Shown in pieces: positions 1 through 9,653 of a DNA stretch of 37,962 bases (the first letter of the stretch is position 1; each line of letters opens with the position of its first letter). Under the pieces are notes generated by a model. That model had not been told where the DNA came from. It did no database searches and saw only the letters and a list, made by a program, of their open reading frames with translations. Source of the stretch: an uncultured bacterium (GTDB taxonomy: Bacteria > Aquificota > Aquificia > Desulfurobacteriales > Desulfurobacteriaceae); assembly GCA_964511045.1 (NCBI GenBank), contig CAZEDJ010000002.1, forward strand, positions 1 to 37,962, in the 5' to 3' direction. The translations under genes and the position numbers were made by a program.

Positions 1-2
1 TT

Positions 3-1046
3 TTGGGCATTAATGAGGAAGTCTCCTTTTCGGGATACGTTATTCCAAAGAGAGAGGCCTTTGTTTCACCGAAAGTTGTAGGTTACTTGATAAAGGTAAA
101 AGTTAAGGCCGGAGACAGGGTTAAAAAGGGACAGGTATTGGCCCTCATTGACAGTTCAGACATTAAGCCCGACGTTGAGAGAGCCCTTGCAGGTATCAGG
201 GAGATTAATGCTTCACTTAAAGAGTTGGATAGAGCTCTCAGGGAAGTTGAGGCGAGGAAAAAGGCTGCGAGGGCAAACCTTGAACTTGCAGAGAAAACAT
301 ACAGGAGATTTAAGAATCTATTGGAGGCTGAGGCGGTTTCCAAGCAGAAGTTTGACGAGGTAAAGGCCCAGTACGAGGCGGCAAAGGCCAACTTTGAGGC
401 GATACTTGCCAAGGAATCCCAAATAAAGCAGAAGAAGAAGGTTTTGATTGCTAAGAGGGAAGAAATAGAGGCCGGATTGAAGAAGGCAAGGGCCTTCCTC
501 TCCTACACAAAGTTAAAGTCTCCCTTTGACGGTTTCGTCCTTAAAAAGTTGGTTGATGAGGGTAATTTAGTCTCGCCAAAGACTCCCGTTTTCAGCCTCG
601 GAGAAAATCCCCCCTTGGTCAGGGCATTTATTGATGATTCCTACTTTGGAAAGTTAAAGGTAGGGGACGAGGTTAGCGTAGTAGTGAGAGGAAAGGCATA
701 TTTCGGGAAGGTTGTTGAGGTTGACAGGAGCTCCGACCCAATTTCCCACAAGTTTGGAATCAAGATTGCTATAAAGGACTTTAACGAAGTTCCGGGAACT
801 TACGCAGTCGTTAAGTTTCCCGTGTCTCAAGTTAAAGCCCTTGTTATTCCTAAATCTGCAGTATTTAGGGTAGGAGCCGTTGAATACGTCTTTGTCGTTA
901 AAGACGGCATTGCCCACTTGAGGGTTATCAAAACGGGTGAAACCATCGGTGACAGTGTAGTTGTTCTCTCCGGACTCCATCCCGGAGAAGTCATAGCTGT
1001 AACCAACGTCAACAACTTAGTAGACGGTGCAAGGATAGAGGGGTAA
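3..1046 (+). CDS. RND efflux membrane fusion (periplasmic adaptor) protein, 5'-truncated by the window edge
   Basis: Split lipoyl-like halves (VKVKAGDRVKKGQVLA ... LKSPFDGFV), long alpha-hairpin, C-terminal LVIPKSAV...VLSGLHPGEVI. No N-terminal anchor is visible and the frame is open to the window edge. Ends 3 nt before an RND permease. Confidence 0.93.
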   Translation: MGINEEVSFSGYVIPKREAFVSPKVVGYLIKVKVKAGDRVKKGQVLALIDSSDIKPDVERALAGIREINASLKELDRALREVEARKKAARANLELAEKTYRRFKNLLEAEAVSKQKFDEVKAQYEAAKANFEAILAKESQIKQKKKVLIAKREEIEAGLKKARAFLSYTKLKSPFDGFVLKKLVDEGNLVSPKTPVFSLGENPPLVRAFIDDSYFGKLKVGDEVSVVVRGKAYFGKVVEVDRSSDPISHKFGIKIAIKDFNEVPGTYAVVKFPVSQVKALVIPKSAVFRVGAVEYVFVVKDGIAHLRVIKTGETIGDSVVVLSGLHPGEVIAVTNVNNLVDGARIEG

Positions 1047-1049
1047 CTG

Positions 1050-4000
1050 ATGAAAAACATCAACCTCGGAATAGCGGGAAACATTGCAAAGAGATTTATA
1101 ACCTCTAAACTTACTCCCCTGTTTCTTTTGGCATCCCTCATTATCGGCGTCTTTGCTGCAGTCCTCACCCCCAAGGAGGAGGACCCCCAAATAGTTGTTC
1201 CGATGATTGACATCTTCATTCCCTATCCGGGAGCTACGGCAAAGGAGGTTGAGAGGAAAATATCAACGAGGTTTGAAAAGCTCATATGGGAAATAAAGGG
1301 GATTGATTACGTTTACTCCGTTTCAAAGCCCGGAATGTCCCTCATCATTGCAAGGTTTAAGGTTAACGAGGATATGGAGGACTCCCTCGTTAAACTCTAC
1401 AACAAGCTCATGTCAAACTTGGACAAGCTTCCGCCTGGAGCTCTCCAACCCCTCGTAAAGCCAAAGGACATTAACGATGTTCCAATAGTTACCCTAACCC
1501 TTTGGAGTGAGGATAAAACCCCTTATGAACTGAGGAGAATTGCAAAAGAGCTTTGCCTTCAGCTCAAACAGGTTGAGGGAGTTTCAAAGTCGTGGATAAT
1601 CGGCGGGGATGTTAGGAGATTTAAGGTAATTGTTAACAGGGATAAGCTGAAGGACTATCACCTGTCGCTCCTTCAGATAGCTCAAGCTATAAAGTCGGCA
1701 AATGCCCAGGTTAGGGCGGGCAGCATAACGGAAAATAACGTTGAGTATCCCGTTGAAGCGGGAGAATTCATAAAAACAATTAACGACTTAAAGAACTTGG
1801 TTGTAGCAGTATATAAAGGGAAGCCAGTTTATCTCAAGGATGTTGCCGAGGTTACAGAAGCCCCGATAGACCCGGAAAACTACGTCTTTATCGGCTTTGG
1901 ACCCCATTCAGAGAAGAAGGGAGTTAGTAAAGAGTTTATAGAAAAACACGGAAATCAATTTCCGGCGGTTACGGTCGCAATTGCAAAGAAAAAGGGAACC
2001 AATGCCGTTACAATAGCTGAGAGGGTCTTGAAAAAGGTTGATGAAATCAAGAACAGGATGCTTCCAGATGATGTTCACGTAACGGTAACGAGAAACTACG
2101 GTAAAACTGCCGAGGACAAGTTCAATGAGCTCATGTTCCACCTCGGCGTAGCAATATTTGCGGTTGTCATATTTATCGGTATTACTCTGGGAGTAAAGGA
2201 AGCCCTTGTAGTTTCCCTTGCGATTCCGTCAACCCTTGCCCTTACTCTCTTTATAGACCTATTAACGGGATACACTCTAAACAGGGTTACCCTCTTTGCA
2301 CTGATTTTCACCCTGGGACTCTTGGTTGATGATGCCATCGTTGTTGTTGAAAACATCCACAGACACTTGAAACTAAAGGAGATGCCTCCCCTTCAGGCGG
2401 CCATCTATGCCGTTGCAGAGGTAGGTAATCCCACAATTTTGGCAACGTTTACGGTCATAGCCGCCCTCCTACCCATGGCCTTTGTCAGGGGCTTGATGGG
2501 ACCCTACATGAGGCCCATTCCCGTTAATGCTTCTATTGCTATGTTCTTTTCTCTCATTGTGGCTTTTGTCATCTCTCCGTGGGCTGCCTACTACCTCTTA
2601 AGAAAGGAGGCAGAAAAAGAGGAGAAGAAGGTCGTTCTTGAGGAGACGAGAACCTATAAGATTTACAATAAGTTGATAAGGCCTCTGCTTGATTCGGCCC
2701 TTAAGAGGTGGTTGTTCCTCGGAGGAATAGTCCTCCTTATGGTGGGAGCTGTCTCACTGTTCTTTACAAAGACCGTTGTTGTAAAGCTCCTTCCCTTTGA
2801 CAACAAGAGCGAGTTCCAAGTTGTTATAGACATGCCGGAAGGGACCTCCTTAGAGGAAACGGCAAGGGTAACAAAAGCGATTGCCAACTACATTCAGACA
2901 ATTCCCGAAGTTACAGATTATGAAGCCTACATCGGGACTTCCAGTCCGTTTGACTTTAACGGATTGGTAAGGCACTACTACCTCAGGAAGGGTGGTAATG
3001 TAGCCGATATAAGAATCAATCTCATCGATAAACATGAGAGAAAGAGGCAGTCCCACGAGATAGCCAAAGAGGAGAGACCGAAAATTCAAGCTGTTGCTAA
3101 GGCTGTCAATCCGGAGGCAAACGTTAAAATCGTTGAAGTTCCTCCAGGACCTCCGGTTCTTGCAACTCTGGTTGCCGAAATTTACGGTAAGGATGATAAA
3201 CTGAGGAGGAAGATAGCAAAAGAGGTTGAGGAGATATTTAAGAAAACTCCTGGGGTTGTTGATGTTGATACCCTCATTGATGCCGACCACTATAAGTACA
3301 AAGTTATAGTTAATAGGGAAAAAGCGAGGAAGTCAGGTGTTACAGAAGAACAGATAGCTCAGACGATAAGAATTGCTCTGAAGGGAGCCGTTGTATCTGA
3401 GGCCCATACTCAGTACGATTCAGACCCTGTTCCCATATTTGTAAGGCTTCCGAGAAGCCAGAGGGACGATATAGACAAAATCCTCTCACTTTCCGTTATG
3501 AATAGAGAAGGCAAACTCATACCGTTGAGAGAGTTGGTTAAGGTTAAGAAGGTCCTTGCCGATAAGACGATATACCACAAGAACCTCCACCCGGTTTCCT
3601 ACGTGATTGCCGACGTTTCAGGCAAGTATGAAGCTCCAATATATCCCATTCTTGCCATCAACGACTACTTAAAGAAACATCCCCTTCCGGACGGATATAA
3701 ACTGCAGTACTCCTTTATTCCACCGTCTATTCCTCAGACCGACTTTCAGCCGAAGATGAAGTGGGATGGAGAGTGGCAGATAACGTATGAAACGTTCAGG
3801 GATATGGGAGCGGCCTTTATAGTTGCCCTCATGCTTATCTACCTGCTGATAGTTGGTCAATTCCAGTCATTCATAATACCGATGATAATTATGGCTCCCA
3901 TTCCCCTCACTATGATAGGTATCATTCCGGGACACTGGATTATGAGCCAGATAATCGGTAAGACGGCCTACTTTACCGCTACGTCCATGATTGGTTTTAT

Positions 4001-4301
4001 TGCCCTTGCCGGTATTGTTGTGAGAAACTCCATCATTCTCGTTGACTTTATCCTGATGAGAAAGAGGGAGGGAGCTCCCCTCAAAGACTCAATTATAGAG
4101 GCCGGAGCCGTCAGGTTGAGACCTATCGTTCTGACTGCTGCTGCTGCTATGGTAGGTTCGGCCGTTATCCTATTAGACCCCATATTCCAAGGACTTGCAA
4201 TTTCAATTCTCTTTGGCGTTTTTGCATCCACAACCCTTACTTTGGGGGTAATTCCGGTTCTTTACTATATTTTTGAAAAGAGAAATTGGGAAAAGGAGTG
4301 A
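1050..4301 (+). CDS. RND efflux permease (AcrB/AcrD/AcrF family)
   Basis: 1083 aa with two large periplasmic loops. TM4 GLLVDDAIVVVENI (proton-relay Asp pair), GIVVRNSIILVDF and RLRPIVLT motifs. Confidence 0.95.
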   Translation: MKNINLGIAGNIAKRFITSKLTPLFLLASLIIGVFAAVLTPKEEDPQIVVPMIDIFIPYPGATAKEVERKISTRFEKLIWEIKGIDYVYSVSKPGMSLIIARFKVNEDMEDSLVKLYNKLMSNLDKLPPGALQPLVKPKDINDVPIVTLTLWSEDKTPYELRRIAKELCLQLKQVEGVSKSWIIGGDVRRFKVIVNRDKLKDYHLSLLQIAQAIKSANAQVRAGSITENNVEYPVEAGEFIKTINDLKNLVVAVYKGKPVYLKDVAEVTEAPIDPENYVFIGFGPHSEKKGVSKEFIEKHGNQFPAVTVAIAKKKGTNAVTIAERVLKKVDEIKNRMLPDDVHVTVTRNYGKTAEDKFNELMFHLGVAIFAVVIFIGITLGVKEALVVSLAIPSTLALTLFIDLLTGYTLNRVTLFALIFTLGLLVDDAIVVVENIHRHLKLKEMPPLQAAIYAVAEVGNPTILATFTVIAALLPMAFVRGLMGPYMRPIPVNASIAMFFSLIVAFVISPWAAYYLLRKEAEKEEKKVVLEETRTYKIYNKLIRPLLDSALKRWLFLGGIVLLMVGAVSLFFTKTVVVKLLPFDNKSEFQVVIDMPEGTSLEETARVTKAIANYIQTIPEVTDYEAYIGTSSPFDFNGLVRHYYLRKGGNVADIRINLIDKHERKRQSHEIAKEERPKIQAVAKAVNPEANVKIVEVPPGPPVLATLVAEIYGKDDKLRRKIAKEVEEIFKKTPGVVDVDTLIDADHYKYKVIVNREKARKSGVTEEQIAQTIRIALKGAVVSEAHTQYDSDPVPIFVRLPRSQRDDIDKILSLSVMNREGKLIPLRELVKVKKVLADKTIYHKNLHPVSYVIADVSGKYEAPIYPILAINDYLKKHPLPDGYKLQYSFIPPSIPQTDFQPKMKWDGEWQITYETFRDMGAAFIVALMLIYLLIVGQFQSFIIPMIIMAPIPLTMIGIIPGHWIMSQIIGKTAYFTATSMIGFIALAGIVVRNSIILVDFILMRKREGAPLKDSIIEAGAVRLRPIVLTAAAAMVGSAVILLDPIFQGLAISILFGVFASTTLTLGVIPVLYYIFEKRNWEKE

Positions 4302-4315
4302 TTTTGTGATAAACT
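4286..4315 (+). promoter_or_regulatory. Putative sigma70 promoter (extended -10) for the 4345-5713 cluster
   Basis: TTGGGA (4286-4291), 18 nt spacer, TGaTAAACT (4307-4315). GGAGG RBS precedes ATG 4345. Confidence 0.4.
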
Positions 4316-4344
4316 TTTTTTAAGAGGATGAGAGGGAGGTTAAG

Positions 4345-4686
4345 ATGAAGATTTTAAAGGTTTTGCTGATTCCTTCTGTTAGTTTTGCCTTTTTGAGTTC
4401 TGCCTTTGCTGGTAGTATTTGCTCAGTTAAGCCCGAGGCAGAGTCTGTAAAGGAACCTCTGCCCGTTAAGTATAAACATTTAAAGGAGCAAATAGAGACC
4501 TTAAAGGGAGAACTTGAAAGTTGCAAGGAGAGTAAACAACAGGTAAGAGAGGAGATTTCTCGCCTTGAATCTGAGATTTCGCAACTTGAGACGGAAAAAG
4601 TCCAACTTCAAATGAGGCTTTCACAGCTTCCCTCAAAGGAGAGTTTGGAAGCCCAAATAAAGGAACTTGAAAGGGAGGGGAGGTAG
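4345..4686 (+). CDS. Small secreted coiled-coil protein, function unknown
   Basis: Strong RBS (GGGAGG), signal peptide ending SAFA, heptad-rich E/K/Q/L body, two Cys. Confidence 0.8.
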   Translation: MKILKVLLIPSVSFAFLSSAFAGSICSVKPEAESVKEPLPVKYKHLKEQIETLKGELESCKESKQQVREEISRLESEISQLETEKVQLQMRLSQLPSKESLEAQIKELEREGR

Positions 4687-4688
4687 AG

Positions 4689-5390
4689 ATGAGGAGGATA
4701 ATAACGGCTCTTTCCATAGCTTTACTAACAGGCATAGGAGTGGCTCAGGCAGGTTGTCCGTCCCCTTCAGAAAAATATGTCCTTTATTCTCCTGACTTTG
4801 CCTTCTATCCCGAGTCACTGATAGAGGCTTATCAGAAGGCTAAAAAGGAGAAAGAGGAGCTTGAGATAAAGCTGAAGAAGTGCAAGGAAGAGCTTGCCCT
4901 TTTAAAGGCTAAAGAATCGGAGCTGAGGTCCCGTTACGGTGAGTTATCAAGTGAGGTAGAGGCTTTAAGGGCTAAAATTGCTGAAATAGAGGCACTTCAG
5001 AGGAGACTTGCAGAGTTAAAGAGCAGGATGAATAAGTGTGAGGAGCTCCTCAGGAAATGGAGGAGTTTACCGAAGACCTATACCGTTAAAAGAGGGGATA
5101 CCCTTTGGGGAATTGCCTCTAAGGATTACATATACGGAGACCCGTGGCAGTGGCCTCTCATCTATAAAGCTAACAGGGACAAAATTAGAAATCCCCACTT
5201 AATCTATCCGAAGCAAGAATTGAAAATACCGAGGGACATTGACTGTAACGACATAATAGAGGCAAGGAAGGAAGCCCTCAGAACTCCTCCGCCTAAAGGG
5301 GTGAAGCCCAAAAAGGTCGGTCCCGTTAAGGCAGATGAAATTCCCGAAACTGCAACGGATTACTTCCTCTGTAAGGGGTGTAGAAAATGA
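4689..5390 (+). CDS. Secreted coiled-coil protein with a LysM peptidoglycan-binding domain
   Basis: Signal peptide ending AQA, about 80-aa coiled coil, LysM YTVKRGDTLWGIA...WPLIYKANRDKIRNPHLIYPKQELKIP, Pro/Lys tail ending CKGCRK. Confidence 0.9.
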   Translation: MRRIITALSIALLTGIGVAQAGCPSPSEKYVLYSPDFAFYPESLIEAYQKAKKEKEELEIKLKKCKEELALLKAKESELRSRYGELSSEVEALRAKIAEIEALQRRLAELKSRMNKCEELLRKWRSLPKTYTVKRGDTLWGIASKDYIYGDPWQWPLIYKANRDKIRNPHLIYPKQELKIPRDIDCNDIIEARKEALRTPPPKGVKPKKVGPVKADEIPETATDYFLCKGCRK

Positions 5391-5713
5391 AGGTTATTGA
5401 AAGTCACGAGATAAGACTTCAGAAGGTTGTTACGAAGACGGGTGTGGAGCTCTACAGAATCGTTGTGGCTCCCAACCACTTTTTCTTGGAGCAGAATCCC
5501 AAGAAGCCGAGTAAGTACGGTGTTGCCTACAGTCAAATTAAAAAGATATATCCTGAGTTTTACATGTTTTGGGAGATAAAGAACGATAAGTATACGGGAA
5601 GGCTCTTAACTGCTACGTTCTTAGATAGAGAGGATATAGATAAGTTTATAGACAGAATTTTAAAGTCTGACGATTATAAGAGCTATGAGGATATCAGGGA
5701 CGAGATTGAATAG
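5387..5713 (+). CDS. Hypothetical cytoplasmic protein
   Basis: ATGA overlap with the LysM gene, host-like codon usage, FLEQNPKKPSKYG segment. No family recognised. Confidence 0.75.
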   Translation: MKVIESHEIRLQKVVTKTGVELYRIVVAPNHFFLEQNPKKPSKYGVAYSQIKKIYPEFYMFWEIKNDKYTGRLLTATFLDREDIDKFIDRILKSDDYKSYEDIRDEIE

Positions 5714-5716
5714 AGC

Positions 5717-6970
5717 TTAATCTATTACAGCTTTGTTCTTCCCGGTATTTTTAGCCTTGTATAGTCTCTCATCGGCGATTTTTATGAGATTTTCTATTTT
5801 TCCAGGTTGGTCTATATCATCTGGATATCCTGCAATGCCTGCACTAAAGGTTAATTTTTGGTTTATTCCAAAGTCTATTTCGGAAAATTTCCTTTTTATT
5901 CTATTGACTATGTTAAAAGCAATTTCTTTGGTTGTATATGGAAATATAATGAGAAATTCCTCTCCCCCATAACGGATAGGGATGTCTCCTTTTCTTATAT
6001 ATCTTCCTATAATTTCTCCTAATTTTCTTAAGACTTCATCTCCTTTGTTGTGGCCAAATGTATCGTTTATTTTTTTAAAGTTATCTATATCAATTATTAC
6101 AACAGATAGAGGAAATTTTTCTCTTTTCCATAGATTTATAAATCCCTGTTTCAGAACTAATTCAAGGTAATTTCTATTATAGAGATTAGTAAGGGAATCT
6201 TTTAAAGCTAAATACCTAATCCTTTCATTGAGCTCTGAAATTTTCTCTTTAAAAGAAACAATAAGTTTTGCTAATTCCTTCAACTCCTTTATTTTTATGG
6301 ATTTAATAATTTCCTCCGTTTTCTTCCTTACATTTTTTCCTAAATTGTGTTGAAGAGTCACTATAAGTTCCTGTAATAGACGGAAATTCCCATTAATACT
6401 GTAATAGAGGGAAAGCCCTACACTTATGCCTATTATTCCTAAAATTACTGACGATACAAGAGATAAATATAGCCAAAATACCCGAAAATGCTTAAAGAAA
6501 TCTTCCTTAAATTTGATTATTAGATATCCTTGCTGTTTTCTTGTTAGAAGCTGTGAGGCATATTCCTCATAAATTGGTGTTATTGTTAGTACTGTATTGG
6601 ATTCCGAATCTCTCTCTATCCTGATACCTTTAACATTTTTTAAGTTTATTCCTTTTATAACTGATTCAAAGCTTTTTGTAGAACATATCAGCTTTTTCCC
6701 TTTTAAAATACATATTGCTTCAACTGATTTGATTTTCTTAGTTATGTTTTTAAGGGTTTCTTCTATGATGATATCGTTATTAAATACATCATTTATTAGC
6801 TGAATATCCTTTTTAATTAGCTCTGAAATGTACTTAATATTTTCAATTTGGTATTTCCTTGCTATTTTTGTACTTAAGGAATTAATGATGATGAGGGCAA
6901 AAATAGTTCCAACTATTAAGATAGCTATACGGATTAGTATTATATCTCTCAGTTTTTTTTCTTTTCTCAT
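5717..6970 (-). CDS. Membrane-anchored diguanylate cyclase (2 TM, periplasmic sensor, HAMP-like linker, GGDEF domain)
   Basis: DSLTNLYNR, IDIDNFKKINDTFGHNKGD, I-site RKGD five residues before the active site GGEEF, ADERLYKAKNTGKN. Confidence 0.95.
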   Translation of the reverse strand: MRKEKKLRDIILIRIAILIVGTIFALIIINSLSTKIARKYQIENIKYISELIKKDIQLINDVFNNDIIIEETLKNITKKIKSVEAICILKGKKLICSTKSFESVIKGINLKNVKGIRIERDSESNTVLTITPIYEEYASQLLTRKQQGYLIIKFKEDFFKHFRVFWLYLSLVSSVILGIIGISVGLSLYYSINGNFRLLQELIVTLQHNLGKNVRKKTEEIIKSIKIKELKELAKLIVSFKEKISELNERIRYLALKDSLTNLYNRNYLELVLKQGFINLWKREKFPLSVVIIDIDNFKKINDTFGHNKGDEVLRKLGEIIGRYIRKGDIPIRYGGEEFLIIFPYTTKEIAFNIVNRIKRKFSEIDFGINQKLTFSAGIAGYPDDIDQPGKIENLIKIADERLYKAKNTGKNKAVID

Positions 6971-6972
6971 GT

Positions 6973-7704
6973 CTATTTACAAGGGCACGGAAGTAATTTC
7001 TCTTTTATTTCTCCTTTAGAAAGTAGAAAAAGCTCTTCAGCTAATTTGTCAAAGTTAACTTCATCAACATACGTTAATCCGAACTTCTTTAAATCAAATA
7101 TTCCAGAGAAAATCTTTATGTTATTTTGCTTAGCAAAGTTAATAATGGTAATTAAGTTAGTAACCTTTAAAACATATGGGTCGGGAAAGATATACAAATA
7201 CTTATATTTTTTAACCTCTTCAAGTTTTTCAAGCGGATATTTGTCAAAAACTATAACCTTAAAAATTCTTTTAGGGAGATATATTTTTGCTATGTTTTTT
7301 AAATCCTTGCTCAAAAGAACAGCTACTTTGTGTTTCTCGAGGTGAAGTTTCCTAATAAATCTCAAATATGTTCTTTCAGGTAAAGGGAATATCCTGACGC
7401 CAAAGAAGTTCTTTCTCTTAGTTAAATTAAACTCCTCCGGAAATATAACGAAAGTATAAACTCTTTTATAATTACCCTCTGCTGAAAGTTCTTTGGCAAT
7501 GGCTGGAGTTCCTATCAGAACCTTTACTGTATAATCAGAGCAATCAATTTTGTTTCCCTCTTCTATCCAAAGTTTCTTGAATTGGTTTTCAACATATTTC
7601 GCTTGAGGAATGGAATATGCGTTTTCAACACAGGCGTTAAGTGCATGTGAGGTTGTAATGAGAAGAAAATAGCATATTAATAGGAGTATTGAAAGCTTAC
7701 CCAT
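6973..7704 (-). CDS. Periplasmic protein resembling ABC substrate-binding proteins (ABC_sub_bind-like), with no permease or ATPase nearby
   Basis: Signal peptide ending TSHA. Segments NFFGVRIFPLP, KVAVLL and YIFPDPYV...IINFAKQNNIKIFS resemble ABC_sub_bind proteins as I recall them. Ends CPCK. Confidence 0.6.
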   Translation of the reverse strand: MGKLSILLLICYFLLITTSHALNACVENAYSIPQAKYVENQFKKLWIEEGNKIDCSDYTVKVLIGTPAIAKELSAEGNYKRVYTFVIFPEEFNLTKRKNFFGVRIFPLPERTYLRFIRKLHLEKHKVAVLLSKDLKNIAKIYLPKRIFKVIVFDKYPLEKLEEVKKYKYLYIFPDPYVLKVTNLITIINFAKQNNIKIFSGIFDLKKFGLTYVDEVNFDKLAEELFLLSKGEIKEKLLPCPCK

Positions 7705-9644
7705 AGCGTTCTCTCTTCTCCCGGCACATTTTCATTAAACCTGTACTTTCTGTTCAAGAGATTCTCTATATTTAGGGAGACTTGACCGTTTTTTGTTAAG
7801 TTCCATATAAAGTTGTAATTAACCTTGTAAAATCCAGGAGTCTCGGAAGATATTCTTGAGTAAGCTATGAGATTTAAAATGTTTCTCACTTTGCCTGTTT
7901 TGTATTCAACAGAGGATATTAGTTTCCCTTTCGGAAAGTCAAAATATTTCCCCGAAAATCCCTTTTTACTGAAAATTTTCCCGAGGGAAAGCTGCATATT
8001 TAAGTTTGGAGACAACTTAAATTTCACATTCACTGCAGCTTCCCTAACCTTAACTGTTGGGTTCCAGTTATCCCACTGATAGCTGGAGTTACTCAGCTGT
8101 CTTTTGTAGATTAAGTTTTTAAACCACAAATTGTAGAGGGCTACATTAACAGAGATTCTGTTTCCTATGTATTCATAAGAGGGAATTACAGAATCAAGTT
8201 TTTCTGTCTTAAGTTTGGAGTTACCTTTTAAGATAGGGTTATTTTGTATGTACATTTCCTCAAATGAAGGAACTCTGAGGGCCCTTCCTATGTTTAGTTT
8301 GAAAATAGAGTTGTCTATTTTCTTCATTACGGAAAGCGAATAGCTCCAATCGTTTCCGACATCAGTTGTTCTACTCCACCTCAAGTTAAATAGGAGTGAG
8401 TAGTCATTACGGTTTATAAAGTACTGTAAATAAGGGGAGAATGTGTTTCGTGTTTTTTCTGGGAGTAACTTCTCCTTTTCTGGAAGGTCTCTTAAAGAGT
8501 TGTAGGTAACCAAGCTTTTAGGATTATTAGGATTTGCCGTTGAAGGAAGGAAATTTGCACTTAGTGTCGTTTTATACAGTTTGACTTTACTTAGGTCTGC
8601 TCCAATTGATAATTTCCCAAAGTTTCTTAGGGGTAGGCTTAAGAAGGTTCCTATCCTTGGTTCTTTTACGTATCTCTTCTCAATTGCTAAAAGTTCATGA
8701 GGTAGAAATAAGCGGCAAATTCCGTGGTTAAATGGACAAATGTTGTAGCCTCTTTTAAGGTAAAACCAATTATAGTCTAAAAATATGTTCCAGGAAACTT
8801 TTGAGCTGGTGAATTTGTAACCTATTCTATTTAGAAAGGCTTTTCTCCTTGCATAGGAATTGCCATCCGTTATGAGTTTGGAGATTGAAACAGGAAAGTG
8901 GTCATCTCTGTCAACAGAGTAACTTTTAATGTAAAGTCCTGAAGGGTGTTTGAGGCTCAAATAGTAGTTAAAATCCTTTCTATAAGATGAAAAATCTCCT
9001 TTAACATTTAAAAAGTCCGTATAGCTTCTGTGGGGAGAGCGATTTTCAATGTAGTTTATGGAGAAGCTTCCCTTGAGCTTTTCAGTGTTAATTGGCACGA
9101 ATAAGAAATTGTAGTGGTCATGCCCCGAACTGATTGATACTGAAAGTTTGGGTTTGTCTTCTGATGAGAAAGTTACTAAGTTAATTATAGCTAACGATGC
9201 GTTATATCCATAAAGAGAAGTCATTGGGCCATAAATAATTTCTACTTGCTTGACGTTTGAAAGTGAAAAGACGTTGTTTACACTAAATGATGAACCGTTT
9301 GATGGGTCTGAAATAGGGATTCCATTTATTAAAACCTTGATTTTTTCTGAAAAATAGCTCTGCTTTAAACCGAGAGCTCCTAAAGAATTCAATCCAAAAT
9401 AGCTTTTCCAGTAGTAAAACTCGGGAAGATTATCAAGAAGCTCAAAGAGATTTCTTGCTCCAAGCCTCTCTATTTCTTCTCTTGTGATAATTCTCATATA
9501 TCTAGGAACTTTTAGGTAAGATTCTTTCTCTTTTGTAGCTGAAAGTATTTTGAGTTCCTTGGTAAGAATGTAATAAGAGTATAAATTTTGTGACAGTGCG
9601 ATACTTGGTAAAAGGAAAATTAAAAATACAATTAGTACCAACAA
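7677..9644 (-). CDS. TonB-dependent receptor (plug plus beta-barrel)
   Basis: TTG start with GGAG RBS, signal peptide, plug motifs ITREEIERLGARNLFELLDNLP and VKQVEIIYGPMTSLYG...INLVT, PSFEEMY...GNSKLKTEK, C-terminal NIENLLNRKY...RTLWVSFQYSY. Confidence 0.92.
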   Translation of the reverse strand: MLVLIVFLIFLLPSIALSQNLYSYYILTKELKILSATKEKESYLKVPRYMRIITREEIERLGARNLFELLDNLPEFYYWKSYFGLNSLGALGLKQSYFSEKIKVLINGIPISDPSNGSSFSVNNVFSLSNVKQVEIIYGPMTSLYGYNASLAIINLVTFSSEDKPKLSVSISSGHDHYNFLFVPINTEKLKGSFSINYIENRSPHRSYTDFLNVKGDFSSYRKDFNYYLSLKHPSGLYIKSYSVDRDDHFPVSISKLITDGNSYARRKAFLNRIGYKFTSSKVSWNIFLDYNWFYLKRGYNICPFNHGICRLFLPHELLAIEKRYVKEPRIGTFLSLPLRNFGKLSIGADLSKVKLYKTTLSANFLPSTANPNNPKSLVTYNSLRDLPEKEKLLPEKTRNTFSPYLQYFINRNDYSLLFNLRWSRTTDVGNDWSYSLSVMKKIDNSIFKLNIGRALRVPSFEEMYIQNNPILKGNSKLKTEKLDSVIPSYEYIGNRISVNVALYNLWFKNLIYKRQLSNSSYQWDNWNPTVKVREAAVNVKFKLSPNLNMQLSLGKIFSKKGFSGKYFDFPKGKLISSVEYKTGKVRNILNLIAYSRISSETPGFYKVNYNFIWNLTKNGQVSLNIENLLNRKYRFNENVPGEERTLWVSFQYSY

Positions 9645-9653
9645 TTTACGCTC

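Noticed and set aside
5366-5390. Heme-binding motif at the end of the LysM protein
   Set aside because: The sequence is CKGCR, not CXXCH.
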